In this document: piece by piece, positions 13,332 to 26,237 of the stretch
Layout of the letters: the number at the start of each line of letters is the position of its first letter
Numbering within the stretch: position 1 is the first letter of the stretch
Assembly (NCBI GenBank): GCA_964304625.1
Contig: OZ199838.1
Span: 7,210,035-7,274,034, forward strand
Source of the DNA: Kudoa neothunni
Lineage: Eukaryota; Animalia; Cnidaria
DNA: 64,000 bases
Direction: 5' to 3'
The notes under the pieces: generated by a model
The model's database searches: none
The model's input: only the letters and a program-made list of their open reading frames with translations
Told to the model about the DNA's origin: nothing
Translations under genes and position numbers: made by a program

Positions 13332-14411
13332 GGCTAATGTGGAGTTTAGGCACGTAACTAATCCCGCTAATCTTCGGAGCGCATGTAATAACAAACAATA
13401 ATATTCAAAATGTGTAAATACACTAATTTGGTTTAATGTTTCTTGAAATACTTTATTAAGAAATTTTTTCTTGAATATATATTCCGACAGATACGATGGT
13501 ATAAGCCCAGGGGATTTATTCGTAATATGGCGAAACTTTCTTTTGCAGGCTCCCCGCGTAGCTTCGATTCTATTGGTGTGCACACCAGTTTCAGTGACGA
13601 ACTCTATGCTATGGTTGACAGTTTCATGGAGAAAAACATGCGTATCAAGACGTCTGTAATCTTTCCAGCGGTCAGACCATATTATTGACCCCCATTCCAT
13701 CATTCTCAAGAATTATTTGGTGTAGTGTTAGCAGATCCCGCTTGGTCGTAATTGTCATGAAAACGTTGCCGTTTTCATCTATTCCTCCCACAATGCATTG
13801 ATCTTGATTAACCAATAACCTAACCACGTTATTCTTCCTTTTACAAAGTTTGGATTCATCGATCTGAACGATGATTCCATCTCCACCGACCTTTTGGGAA
13901 TTCTCAATCACATGGTTCGAATATATATCCCTAATAAAATTCTTCCAATCCACAATAGTTTTGGAACTGATGTGAATGACTTCTTCATAAAAACGTTGAC
14001 TGCTGACGTCGAACGAATAATAATAGATGATCTTTAGGATGGTTGGAAGATTTAGATGACCCTCCTTCAAAAAAAGAGTTTTTTGCGGACAGAAATATAC
14101 TTTTTACAATGATTGCAATAGAACGAATATCCGTCAATGCATCTTTCGCGCCGTATCAACTGCATTTCCTTATTATAACATACACTTGTTTTTCTCAAAA
14201 GTCCAATGAATGCCAGGAAATTCGATGCTGTACTTTTTTATTTAACTTCAAACAGTCGAGGAAAAATGGTTCGATTTTGTTCACATTAACTGATTCAATT
14301 GCGGGCAAACGCACAGTCAACACCCATTATTTAATTTTAATCCTTAGCATGAGCGCGAAAAGATTCCGATTTGGTATGCGCGAGTTTACGTGCCTAAACT
14401 CCACATTAGCC
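13332..14411 (-). mobile_element. Merlin DNA transposon 4, defective, nested in hAT
   Basis: Perfect 26-bp TIR GGCTAATGTGGAGTTTAGGCACGTAA and degenerate 9-bp TSD CAAAAATCG/TAAATATCG. Transposase pieces contain VQIDESKLCKRK, IWSDRWKDY and VHTNRIEA. Confidence 0.88.
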
Positions 14412-14579
14412 TAAATATCGTAATTTTTTCAGGAAACTTCCTAATATTGATTTATATATAGAATCTTTTATTGGTTAAATAACAATCTAATGGCACGTGT
14501 AACAACAAGGATTTTCAATCATTCTCACTGATCTGTGTTCGTTTTCACATGCTGCGTCTCTTTGATTTATCGTGTGGAA

Positions 14580-16226
14580 ATGGCGGATTATGGAAGAAAG
14601 AGAAAAATTGACCTTGATTGTCGAATGTTTAACGATAAGTAGAATACAGAGTATTTTGTTACTAAATCGGGCAACAAAGCAATATGTGTGTATTTGTGAC
14701 AATTGATCTTCAAAAAAATTTCCCGTGAAACTGAAGTGGCCACAAGAGCTAGTTTTTCGCGTGGCCTATTTGTTGGCCAAAAAGGGGAAAACATTTTCGG
14801 GAAGGTGAAATTTCAAGGAAGCTCCAAAGGACGTGGTGAACGAGGTATGTCCTGAAAAAGCCCCGCTCATTTTCTGGGTTAAGTCTTTCGGCTAACATAA
14901 TAAGTCGTAGAGATGGAAAATATTATTTCGCAATTACGAGATAAAATAGAGAAATTTGTCTGCTTTTCTATCGCCCTGTATGAATCCACTGATATTTCAA
15001 ACACCTCTCAACTTTTATTTTTCATTAGAGGGGTAAATATCGAATTGGAAGTTACAGAGGAACTCCTCTCCGTACATAACACGCATGGAACTACAAGGGG
15101 TCTCGATCTATTTAACGAGATTGAAAAGTCATTCCAAAATCTCAACTTAGACTGGATTAAACTTATATGCATCACTACTGATGGGGGTAGAAATATGAGT
15201 GGGAAAACAAAAGGCTTAGTTGGACAAAAGCCTTTGGCTCTTCAATGTATTATTCATCAACAAGCTCACTGTGGAAAGAATATGGGCCTGTCATCCGTGT
15301 TAAATCCCGTTGTTTCCACTGTTAATTTTATCTGGCTACATGGACTCCATCATAGACAATTTAAAGAATTTTTAAAAGATTCAAATGCAGAATACTTGGA
15401 TTTGTCGTATTACACAAATGTGAGAAGGCTTAGCTGTGGGAAAGGTTTTAAGTTGATTCTTTGACTTAAGGGCAGAAATTGGATTTTTCTTACCGAACAT
15501 AGTAATCCTCTAAATTTGTTAAAAAATGATGATCGGCTCTGGAAATTGGCTTTTTTTGCAGATTTGGACTGTACACCTGAACGATTTCAATCTTAAAATT
15601 GCAAGGCGAAACATTGTTAATAAACGATGTTTATTCAATAATGAAAGCGTTTCGACAGAAATTGATTTTATTTAATTCACAGTTAAATAATAATTGTTTC
15701 ACCTCATTTTCACGTTGTAAAAAATACACCCAACAAAATAATGTATTTTTCCAACCGTTGCCGCCCGAGACACTCTTTCCAATTTAATGCAGCAGTTTGA
15801 TGAGCGTTTCAACGATATTGAGGACATTTTCCTCGAATATTTTAATATTCTAAAATCCTTTTGGATGTCACATCTGCCAATTACCTGCGGAGCTGCAAAT
15901 GGAAGTCATTGACCTTCAAGTAAATGAAATACACAAACGTAAATATAATGAGAATAATTTATTACTATTTTATAAGCTTTTGCCTCGTCGTGATTTTCCG
16001 AATCTTTTATCTTTTACTAGTAAATATATTCCAATATTTGCCACGACTTATTTGTGCGAGAAAATATTTACAAAAATTGAAATATGTGAAATCCACATAC
16101 AGAACACAGTTGTTTGACGGTCACTTAAATTCAATATTGATGATAGGGACGTCAAAGTTCACACCAAAATGGGATATTATTATATCAGATCTGAAACAAC
16201 TTCACTCTTCACACAAAGGAAAATAA
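14580..16226 (+). pseudogene. hAT Buster-type transposase, fragmented
   Basis: MADYGRKRKIDLDCRMF, FSIALYESTDISNTSQL, CITTDGGRNMSG, CIIHQQAHC and a C-terminal dimerisation motif FATTYLCEKIF. Multiple frameshifts. Confidence 0.85.
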
Positions 16227-16583
16227 ACGTATTATTGTTTCTGTTTTACTTATTTATTTTTATTATTCCGCCTCTAAGAATTTTTTTATGCGCACTTATT
16301 TAGATGTTCAAGTTTTTTTAGTTTAAATTTTTAATGCGGCCCTCGGAATAATATCAACAACCCAATGTGGCCCTAGCCTCGAAAAGTTTGGAGACCCCTG
16401 ATCTAGAGTAAGACGAAACCAGTTGATTATTTACCACTCAAGTCGGCTACATTTTACAGCATACAAAATAAAACCCCTTCTTTGGTCTCTGATGAATTAC
16501 AAACCAATAAATTAATATAATGGTTGTATAAACTGTGATACATTTATTGGGGAACCGTCAACGAAAACCACAATTCTGATTAA

Positions 16584-18538
16584 CCCTCGTACACCATTGG
16601 GGGTCAAAAATGGGCCCAGCCCCTTTTATCAGCGATTTTCTTAAAATCTCTCCCACAGAATTTTAAGTAATTTTTCCTAATTTATGTTATTATTTTATCA
16701 ATTTAAAATGTTTACTGAAATAAAAAATAAAATGAAATTTTAAACACTATTAAATCATCGAAACATTAAAATTTCCGTTCCTCATTCCTTATTGGAAAAT
16801 CTATGATAATTACTCCTCTTAATTCTATGTATAATACTAAATACAATGATTAAAATATTCATTTAATTTTAAGAATAAGTAAAATAATTTTGAAGAGATA
16901 AATCTATGAGTTTTTAATACGCCACGTAATCATATAGATTTAAAATCAGCTGAACTTTAGTCTGTTTTTAGAGATGGAAAGAGATTAACATGAAATTCTA
17001 TTGGATGACACTGATTCTGAGTTTAGCGACTATTTAATCGACAACCCTACACTCGATTATGATGATTCGAATGATGGGGCAGAACTTAGCACTGAATTGA
17101 TTGCCACGTTGACTTTGAAAGATGGAGAAAAGTGGTCTAAACATCCAACAAGATACCAACGAAGAACTGAAGCGGAAAATATTTTTAAATGCCAACCAGG
17201 TTTCAAACCACATGTGCTAAAACGATCGGATACCCCACTCATGGCATTTTTTAACTTTTTTGACAACGAGATCCTAGATTTGATTGTTGAATGCACCATT
17301 CGTTATATAAAAAAACCATCGATCAAAATTAACTATAATTATCAAAGATGATCTAATGAAATATATTGGTGGATGTATAATGATTGATTTAATCAAGGGT
17401 AAAAATATGGATATTCGTGAATTCTGGTCATCAAAGTATGGTCAACCTACAATAAATCTCCATTAATTTATTTGAAAAAATATCTTCGTGTAAGCGGTTT
17501 GATAAAGAGAATCCAGAATACAAGATGACAAATTGGCTCCAATAAGAAGAAGTTTTTGAGAACTTTATTGGAGATTGTCGACAAAATTATACACCAAATG
17601 AACAAATGACGGTTGATGAGCAACTGGTGACATTTAGAGGGAGATGTGGTTTCAAAATGTACATTCCAAATAAACCCGGGACGGTATGGTGTTAAAATAT
17701 GGGCTTTATGCGACTCAAAGAATGCCTACCTATTCGAGGCAAAGGTATATTTTGGAGAAGAAAATGGCAAAGTACAGTTTAATCAAGGGGAAAATGTTGT
17801 GAAAACTTTATGTGAACCGATTTTTGAATCCGGTCGAAATATCACAACAGATAATTTTTTCACTACTCTTTCCCCTTGCAACATTTCTACTTAACCAAAA
17901 ATTGACAATTGTAGGAACTGTTCGAAAAAATAAAACATTTTTGATACCAGGGTTTCAAATGTCGAAAGGAAATGAAGATAATTAGTCAGCTCCTGTTTCA
18001 AGATAAGGTCACACTCGTCAAATACAACCCTAAGAAAAACAGAGCGGTTGTCTTGTTGTCAACATTCCCACAGAGATGCGAATATTGCCTGAAGAAAGTC
18101 AAAAACCTGAAATTATATCTTACTATAATTTCTACAAATGATGGGGTTGATACTCTTGATCATGTATTAAAATATTTTTCGGTAAAAAAGAAAAACACGA
18201 AGGTGGCAATGGCTCTTTTTTATAATTTGTTAGACATCCGCTGCATATAATGCCTACTTGTTGTACTTGCCAAAAGCATCCCGCATTCTATCTTTAAAAC
18301 AACCTAAAATCTTCCAGAACAATGCTAGAAAGTGGTGCCAAATCTGTATTCGTTCGAGGGAGATTGAAAACGTCAGTGCAGTGCAAATTTATGCAATAAA
18401 GAAGAGACAATTTGCATTAAATGTTTAAACTTAAACAATAACAATTAGAATTTCTTTCATTTTTAAAAACGTTTTTTGTGTTTATTTTTGACCCCCACTG
18501 CGGGTTAACGTAAGTTTTTTTTCTCATGTGTACGGGGG
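16584..18538 (+). mobile_element. piggyBac element (PGBD4-like), defective
   Basis: TTAA at 16580-16583 and 18539-18542, TIR CCC[T/C]CGTACAC and internal IR GGGGGTCAAAAA. Transposase fragments at about 16974-18440 (VDEQLVTFRG, PGRYGVKIW, TDNFFTT, GVDTLD). Confidence 0.88.
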
Positions 18539-20407
18539 TTAAAATACGTCCGTGCGCTCATCGTTTAGGTTGGAACAAAACTAACTAAATAGGTTTCCAC
18601 AAGCAGCAGCCAATCGCCCCCCCCCCCCGGGCTCAAATCACTCGAACTCATTCCTATTGTACATTTTCTCCTAGAATTGATAGCACAATTCATACAACAA
18701 AGTATGCCAGTACTCTCCAGCTCCCAGTCATATAATAAACCAACACCTGGGGTAATTGTCTCTAGCTTATACAAATCGTCGTTTACTCAGAATTAGGAAA
18801 ATAGCGATCGTGGTTAAAATCAGACATTGACATTAATCACTAGATGTCAGAAGACCGTCGTGAATCATTCATCATAGAACCACATTAATTTAGAAGACGA
18901 GAGTGGCCGAATTTGAACGTTTTTATTAGTGCAATAAACGTGCAATTTTTTAAACGAAACTGGTCGTGCCTTACCGTGTTATCAACTTTGATCATGTTTT
19001 TTTAGTTCTCGTGTGTTATTGAATGCAGACTGAGTTATTTTACTTAAATCCTTCTATAAAAATAAAACCTAGTCAGATAGCATAATTCTGCTGGAACTTC
19101 ATGTTTTAATTCTTTTCTCTCGAGATTTTCTCACCAAAGCTCGATTCGTCACATAGATTAAACACTAAATATGTTGTGAATAATACATTTTACTCTTATT
19201 TTTAAATCGATTTTCAGTAATCGCTAATTAATAGAAGCCAATATTTAAGTTGCGAAATATAAATTAATAATTTCAATGATTTATGTTCCTATAACTCCAA
19301 ATTTTGGACAATTTCCCGCCGTAAATAAATATGCTAATACATAAATAATGAGGTATAAAGTTATATCCAAGGAGCTCGAAGTAAATATTCGTAAGTATTC
19401 AATTAATAGCAAAGGATTGCAGTAAATCGCTTCCAAAACAAAGTCTCTATTGTCTATTAAGAGGAAATAAGAAAAGCCGTTGTTTTTAGAAATTGGTTGG
19501 CCCGCCTCTGTAATAGTTTTTAACGGAATCCACATTAGCAGGATAAATTTTAATCTATTTCTTTATTTAGTGATTAGTAAAGAATAGGTGAGATTATTGG
19601 TTATTAGTTTGATAGTATGTGCCGCGGCAAAACTTTTTCAAACAATGTGTTTATATAAAATTTGGGATAATATTCTGTTGATTATATTATAAATATGTGC
19701 TCCTAATTAAAAATTCATTAGGTTCCATATATTTTACATTAATATGCAGAATCAATGATAGATGACGCTGCTCCATTTTGCAATTTATTCTCAATTTTTA
19801 AAACTATTTCATCAACTGAACCCCCATCGAATAATTAAATGTTGTTGGACGCAGGTAAAAATTTTCTACAAAAATTTTTAAAGTTTTTTCATAAATTAAT
19901 AAATTGGTGATATTTTGGCCACTGTTTGCGGTGCCTTCTACAACATAAAACCCCGGATTAATAGATATCCAAAGAGATTATCGTTAATATGTGAAGCATT
20001 TTTTATTCATTTATTACATCTATTCTTTAGTGTAGAAATAGTGGTAACATTTAAAAACTTTATCAAAAAATCGCTCTCGAAATATTCTAGTCTCTTGACT
20101 ATAGCGAGTCCTCTCGAGGAATGAATAGGGAATAGGGTGAAATGGTTTACCGGTCAAAATTTGCACTGTCGGCAATAGACTACTGATTTTTATATAATCT
20201 TGAAGAGACAACCGAAATCTGTGACCAAATAAGTGGATTTGGCGGTTTGCAGATTGGCCGGTTGTGTTTGGACAAAAATTCTATACATAAGTTACCATAA
20301 CAACTATAAACGGGGAATCTTTGAGATGTTAGGATCCGCGTATGTAACCTGATAATAATAATTCCCAAGATGCCTTTAGAGCGTATAATTGATGGTTGCT
20401 TATAGGG

Positions 20408-22580
20408 ATGAGTCAATTAATGAAAAAACCACTATCTACCGCAGCTCACAACACATTGACCCCCGATATTTAGTGTGGATGAAGAAGAATTAATCGATGA
20501 GATGACCTTGAATTTGGGTAATAGTATTCAGCGTGAAACAACATACATTCAGGAGGACGATCTCGATAGATCTAACGTATCGGATTCTTTTACAGAGAGT
20601 TTTGTTAAGGTTGGTTGATTGATCATCCCAAATATAATCGATGATATCCGTTGTCTGTTAGATGCAAAACGAACACATTAATCAATCCAAAACTAACAAA
20701 TATGAATACACACCATTACAAATTTGCAAAATCGCTTTTCGATAGAATGATAGCAGATGGTGGGATCGCTAGTGAACGAAAAAGCCAGGTTCAGCATGAA
20801 CATCGAGATGCAGCATTGGATTCTTTTATCACTCCAGATGTATTTTTTGATTGTTTGGCACTATGATTTGATGTTTAATTTTAGGTGAGCATAATTAAGC
20901 GGAATCTTCCAAATACTACTGCGGGAAATGAAAATCCTATTTTACATGCGTTTAAAATAAATTCTGACCATTTAAACAACAGTAGTTTTCAGAATACTCA
21001 CGCATCATATCAGGAAACTCCTGTGGATACTGCTAAATTGTTACAACAATGTTTTTTGTTTGTAAGTTGATTAACGAATTGGACGATGTAGAGCTCAAAA
21101 ATATTTAGATAAATTGTATGTAAAAGGCAATTATGTGCCTGAATTTAACAGCGAATATGAGGCCACAGATAGAAATATGAATTCAATCTCTTATTCATAA
21201 CAGCTCGCTTAAGCTCGCTTAACTTTGCTACACCCAACACAATGCCAAACCCGCTGTCGTTGGCTATCACTCCTCAGAATTTTCATTGTTTACGTCGAAA
21301 AAATTTGGTTGATGCTTTTGAGGAAGCACCTAATGAAAATATTGACGCTGTTAACCTTACATCTCGTCTCATTCTGTCCCCATCCAAAATGTTGAATTTG
21401 GAAGCTAAGATCAACAATAGAAAGCCTCTTAATGTTATCAGCGACCAAAATTTAAACAAACACACGCTTGGTGCTATCTTGACTTCGAACCAAATTGTAA
21501 AGCCAACTAATACGTCGGATGAAAGGACATTGTTATCCATGGCCAAGAATCCACTGACACATGTCATCAATAAAAATAAAGATGTCGAGATACCACTGCG
21601 TGTAATGATAATTACGACCAAGTTGATGCCTTTAAAAACTATGTCATATCGGGAAAGGTGGATGATAATATGTCATTAAAATTAAGAAATTCCAATATAA
21701 ATGGAACCTTAATTAAAATTCCTGACAACCAAATTGATCCCCAATCTAACACTATTCAAAATAACGTTCCCATTATAAAAACAACCACACAAAACTCATA
21801 AAAGAAATATTTTTAAGCGCCTTTTTCGAAGATTACGCCACAAAAGCAGATTCTATTCACATTTAAACAATGACACTATTACCAGCTTGAATACTGAATT
21901 TAATCGAAGGTATCTTTCTACAATCAGACGGATGTGGTTTAATTTTTTTCTAGCCACCTTAACAAAACCACATCTGATGTAGATACTCATAAGAAAAACA
22001 CATTGAATGCAAGTATGATAGAACGTGGATCTCAGTCGTTGAAAACCCTTTCTAAATCAGTTAATTTTGCTCCTAACACACAATCCGGTGTCTCATTGAT
22101 AGAGCAATTTGATCGTGATCAGCAGCACTATAATGCGTTGAAAGAGCAAGAAAATATCTCCAACATAACACTACAATCTGGAAAAAGTTTATACGGTCAG
22201 GATTCATCGAGGCGCACATCTAAAAACGGCTCAAATTGTAATGCAACCCTTTTGACGTTCTATATTGGGGCTGACGAAGTGCCCTTCAAGTAATTTTACA
22301 TAAGTTTTATTTTTAACTGTATAATCTCCTAAGGACTGAAATCAAAGTAGACCCCAATAGAATAACACTTAAAATGATTAAAAATGTGCTACCTAAATTG
22401 GGAAAACGAACTAAGTAAATTCGATTTACTGTGTATTGAAATAGAAATCGTTGTAGGTATTATTTTAAAATAGAAGATCCAACAAATTCAAATGGCTACT
22501 TTAGAGAGGTAACCAACGATAGTGATAATGTACCACTATTTGAAGGTCAACCTGTATGTAAATTCTTCAGTAATGGTTGA
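20408..22580 (+). CDS. C-terminal DIX-domain protein (Axin/DIXDC1-like); upstream frame breaks, possibly a pseudogene; 5' end uncertain
   Basis: The last three exons splice cleanly to TLLTFYIGADEVPFK|TEIKVDPNRITLKMIKNVLPKLGKRTK|YYFKIEDPTNSNGYFREVTNDSDNVPLFEGQPVCKFFSNG* (TGA 22578-22580), which matches the DIX pattern (Y..E.PY...VTL..FK..L...Y.YYFK......V.EEV..D...LP.FE..I). Preceded by long N/S/T-rich sequence. Confidence 0.7.
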
Positions 22581-23091
22581 AAATCTTCACCATTTGAATT
22601 GTGCATCGTGATTTGTTGTCGTCTGAGAGCAAAATTTTGTAGCTAACAATAGATTTTATTGAATACATTATATTTTTGTTGAGTACATTGATTGTTCTTT
22701 CTATACGTTGTTTCAATACAATCAGTTTAATTCTTACCTATACCAATATAAGATTCTGAAATATTTAATCTATCAAACACTATGAATAACACTGTACAAT
22801 TAGTTATTTTGGAGACAGGCACGTATCGTGAGTATTTGCTTTTAGGGGTTAAGACGGTTCGCTTTCGATTCGATATTTCGGTTTCGGTTTTTTAAATAAT
22901 TTTTTCAATTATCATCGTAAATTTTTGTTCAAGCAAAAAAAATTTAAATGTGATAGAATAGAATTAATTTTATTATTTAACATTTTTTGTCATTACCTTT
23001 AAAAACGATTATATATATTTTAAGCTAAAATTTTTTCAAACGCACTATAAAAAATTCTATAGTTCAAATTTCAATTTAGTTATTTCTATTT

Positions 23092-24599
23092 TCATAAATA
23101 AAAAACAATTGTCTCAAGTTTCGAATCACTCAGTTTTGTTCTCAAGGGGGAAATAACACGATTGCATAGGGAAAAACATCTTTCTGAGTCAATACTTGTA
23201 GGCCTTATATTAGCGAGAGTTTTACGAACCCTCTCTAAACGATCTGACATCACACCGTGATTAATAAAATTGGTAATTTCGTCGGAATCCGAACAATATT
23301 TTGACTTTTTCGGCCTGGCCGCGTAATTTATCAAATCGTCTAAATCCATTTCAACTTCCGAAGGTTCATGGTTGTGGATTTGATCATTCGGTTCAATGAA
23401 ATTAATTGCCTCTTGTAACTCAAAATTTGATGGTCTTCTGTAGAATAAACTCTTTTCACAAATGTTTGAATCGAAGCTCAAAAACATAAATATGTCAGAC
23501 CAAATGGTGCGTCGTTCAAAGCAGCGTTCGATAAATTTCATTTTTAAATTTTCTGAAATTGTTCCGTCAATAAGAGAGAGATCCTCAACTGTGTTAGTTA
23601 GTATAAAGTCACATTGTGCAAGATTTATTCGTGACTCTGAAAGCTTGAGAACGGCGCGATGCACAATTTCCAGACATGATGTTAATTCCTTAACATTCAG
23701 TCATTTTTACAATATCTTTATCGATAATTACATTGACCAAAATAATTTCATCTTTTTCGATCAGTAAATTCTTTTCCAAAATCATGTAAGCATCTTCAAT
23801 GGCCTCGAACATCTTCACAAATTTGACTAACATATCGTAACAACTTGACCATCGTGTCACACAATCGATATTCATTGATAGGTATTTAATGCCTTTTCTT
23901 TCACATGATTTTCTCAAGGCGTCCGAAGCCAATCCAGATCTTGAAAAGTAACTGACAACTGACCTCACCCGAGATAAAATATCTAAGAAACTTGTCACAA
24001 GGACAAATTCTTGCTCATCAAACTCCAGCTCGTCAGTTATAGTTTCGATATTTTTTGGCTTCTGGCTATTAGCTTCTTCATACATTGTGTCTTTTACAGC
24101 TATACGTTAATGTAGGTTTGTCAATTAATAATTCAATTACCTAAATTTATTCCATGTTTGACGCTCCATCGGTACACATAAATAAGGACGTAACGCCAAA
24201 TTTCGATAACTGGTTTTTGATTAAGGACGCTAATTCTACGCCTGTACATCTTTCGGTGACTCTAATAACCCCGAGCGAAATTTTTTTGTCTTCGAAATAT
24301 GCTTGGATATTGAGAAATCGTTTTTTAGATCTTAACGTCCACTCATCAGAACAGAGCGCAGGTCTTGAATTGGCACCGGAAAAAATTTTTTTTATCTTGC
24401 TCGCCATAGATGCTTCTACTTTTACGCAAGAATCGAAAATTTCATCATAGGATACTGGGATTTCTTTATTGTGAACTTTTTTCAACAATCGTCTTATGGT
24501 GGTACTTTTTGCAATATCACTATCCAGGTTAAAATCCCAAAGACTTTTTCTCGCAAAACTTTCAATAACGGGTTGTGTTTGTATACTTCTAAATTTCAA
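23092..24599 (-). pseudogene. hAT transposase, disrupted
   Basis: LCSDEWT, CTDGASNM, DCVTRWSSCYDML and PTSIDSERCFS (hAT dimerisation domain) spread over three ORFs. Confidence 0.88.
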
Positions 24600-24974
24600 T
24601 AGAAAAATATCAGCGATTGCAACAACTTATTTTTTGAATCAATTCCTTGTATTTTGCTTTTTCATTAGCAAGCTTAACGAAATAGCTCCAAATAGCAGAT
24701 ACCATCACTGTAATTATGAACGAAAAAAACTTATTCCCTATTAAAGCACGTGCCACTATCAAAAAATTTTGTTACCCCTTTAATATTTTAAAAACTAGTT
24801 TATTTTTTTAAAATACTGCATGTTGTCTCGGCTCCCTCATTCATTGAGTCTCCCGCTGTATCCTGTTTCGCACTCATCCTGGTTAGCGCCATAGAAACAC
24901 TTATGCAAGACACGACACAAAACGATTAATATCGAGCATAAGTCAAATATAAAAGAATATATATCCAACACTGC

Positions 24975-26237
24975 ATCAATCACATTTTTACATATTTTTA
25001 GTAATATTAAAGTATGTGGCACCTAAAAAACGTCCTCTTGCGCATGTTTTTCACGATTCTTGATAATAAGATGAAAGAATACGGAGATAAAAAATTCAGC
25101 TCAAAATAATGACTTTAAAATTATAAGAATTTTTCATCCAAACGCAGTCGGATATATGTGTAACCTCCATCTTCTTTCAACAAACATTGAATTGTTCTCT
25201 AACTCGTTTTGAAAATCAGTCATAAATTGGTTTCATTTCGTATTTTTTATCGTATAAAAGAAAATTTTTACGATGTTAAATTTATCTATACATGCTTTTA
25301 TTGGTTTTTAAATATGAATGTTTTTAAACAAGAACTTAACCACGTGCTCTCAAGATGCATTTTCTTATAACTTGTGTTTTCTTTCACGCTCACTCAGACT
25401 TAGAATAAACACACACGCGGCTTGTTCAGGTCCGACAGTAAAACAATATAGAGCTTACTTAACAAGGTGATGAAGCAGCCGTTAATTTATATAATAGTTA
25501 TAATCTCCAATAGAACTGATAATTTTTTTTTAAATAAATCAACACTATATTAAAGATAAGCATTTAATTTAAAAAGGTAAATATCTTGAGGTCGATTATA
25601 TGTGTACTGATATAAATAACTTTAGTTAACACATGTACTTTTATATCTCGTAATATTCTCAATTCGCATTTTTTGGAGAATTATTTGTTACCAAACTTTG
25701 ACAAATAAAAAAACTTAATAAACAATAAAAATATCGCTTAGTAATTTTTTTCCAATATTATACAAACACTGCAGGGTAAAACAAATTAATATCATCATTT
25801 TTAAAAATTAGGTTTCTGAATTTTAATAATAAAAATTGAATAAATTCATAATTTCTCGAAAAAAATTAAATCTAAAAAATTATAAACTAAAACAAATCTT
25901 ACTACATTGACATCGATATTTGAAAGTTCATAAAGTATTTTTATCTTAGCGAAAAATCTAAATAGTAATAATAAATAACTTTTGAGTTAATAACTAAGAT
26001 GGAAACATAAAAATTCAATGTTAGATGAAAAAAAAGATGGAGATTACACGCGTAGCCGACCACATTCGGATGAATAATTCTCAAAATTTTGAAGTTATTA
26101 TTTTCTGCTAAATTTTTGCATTTCATATTCTTTTATTTTATTATCAAGAATCGTGAAAAAAGAAATGCGAAAGAATATGTATAAGGATATGTTTTTTAGG
26201 TTCCGCGTACTTTACTATTACTAAAAATGTGATTGAT
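24975..26237. repeat. Long diverged inverted repeat (arms about 250 bp) inside the hAT element
   Basis: 24975-~25200 aligns with the reverse complement of ~26010-26237 (shared ATCAATCACATTTTTA, ACCTAAAAAAC, TTTTTCACGATTCTTGATAATAA, TTCATCC, GTGTAA.CTCCATCTT, AACATTGAATT). Confidence 0.8.

Larger units (their letters stand above)
10747..16400 (+). mobile_element. hAT (Buster/Charlie, SPIN/GTF2IRD2-like) element hosting a nested piggyBac and a nested Merlin
   Basis: TIRs CAGGGATCTCCAAA / TTTGGAGACCCCTG with GGCCC subterminal motifs. The 8-bp flanks TTATAAAG / ATCTAGAG are a degenerate TSD with central TA. Transposase relic at 14580-16226. Confidence 0.75.

Noticed and set aside
6724-14070. IS1595-like ORFs as bacterial contamination or a chimeric contig
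   Set aside because: The elements have TSDs within eukaryotic context, are nested with hAT/piggyBac, and fit eukaryotic Merlin.
18565-18774. 69-aa ORF with a C12 tract at 18617-18628
   Set aside because: No recognisable domain, no consistent exon chain and no adjacent LTR to make it a polypurine tract.
21202-21221. 10-bp tandem duplication AGCTCGCTTA as an excision footprint
   Set aside because: It reads in frame (RLSSLN) with the microexon model and has no other support.
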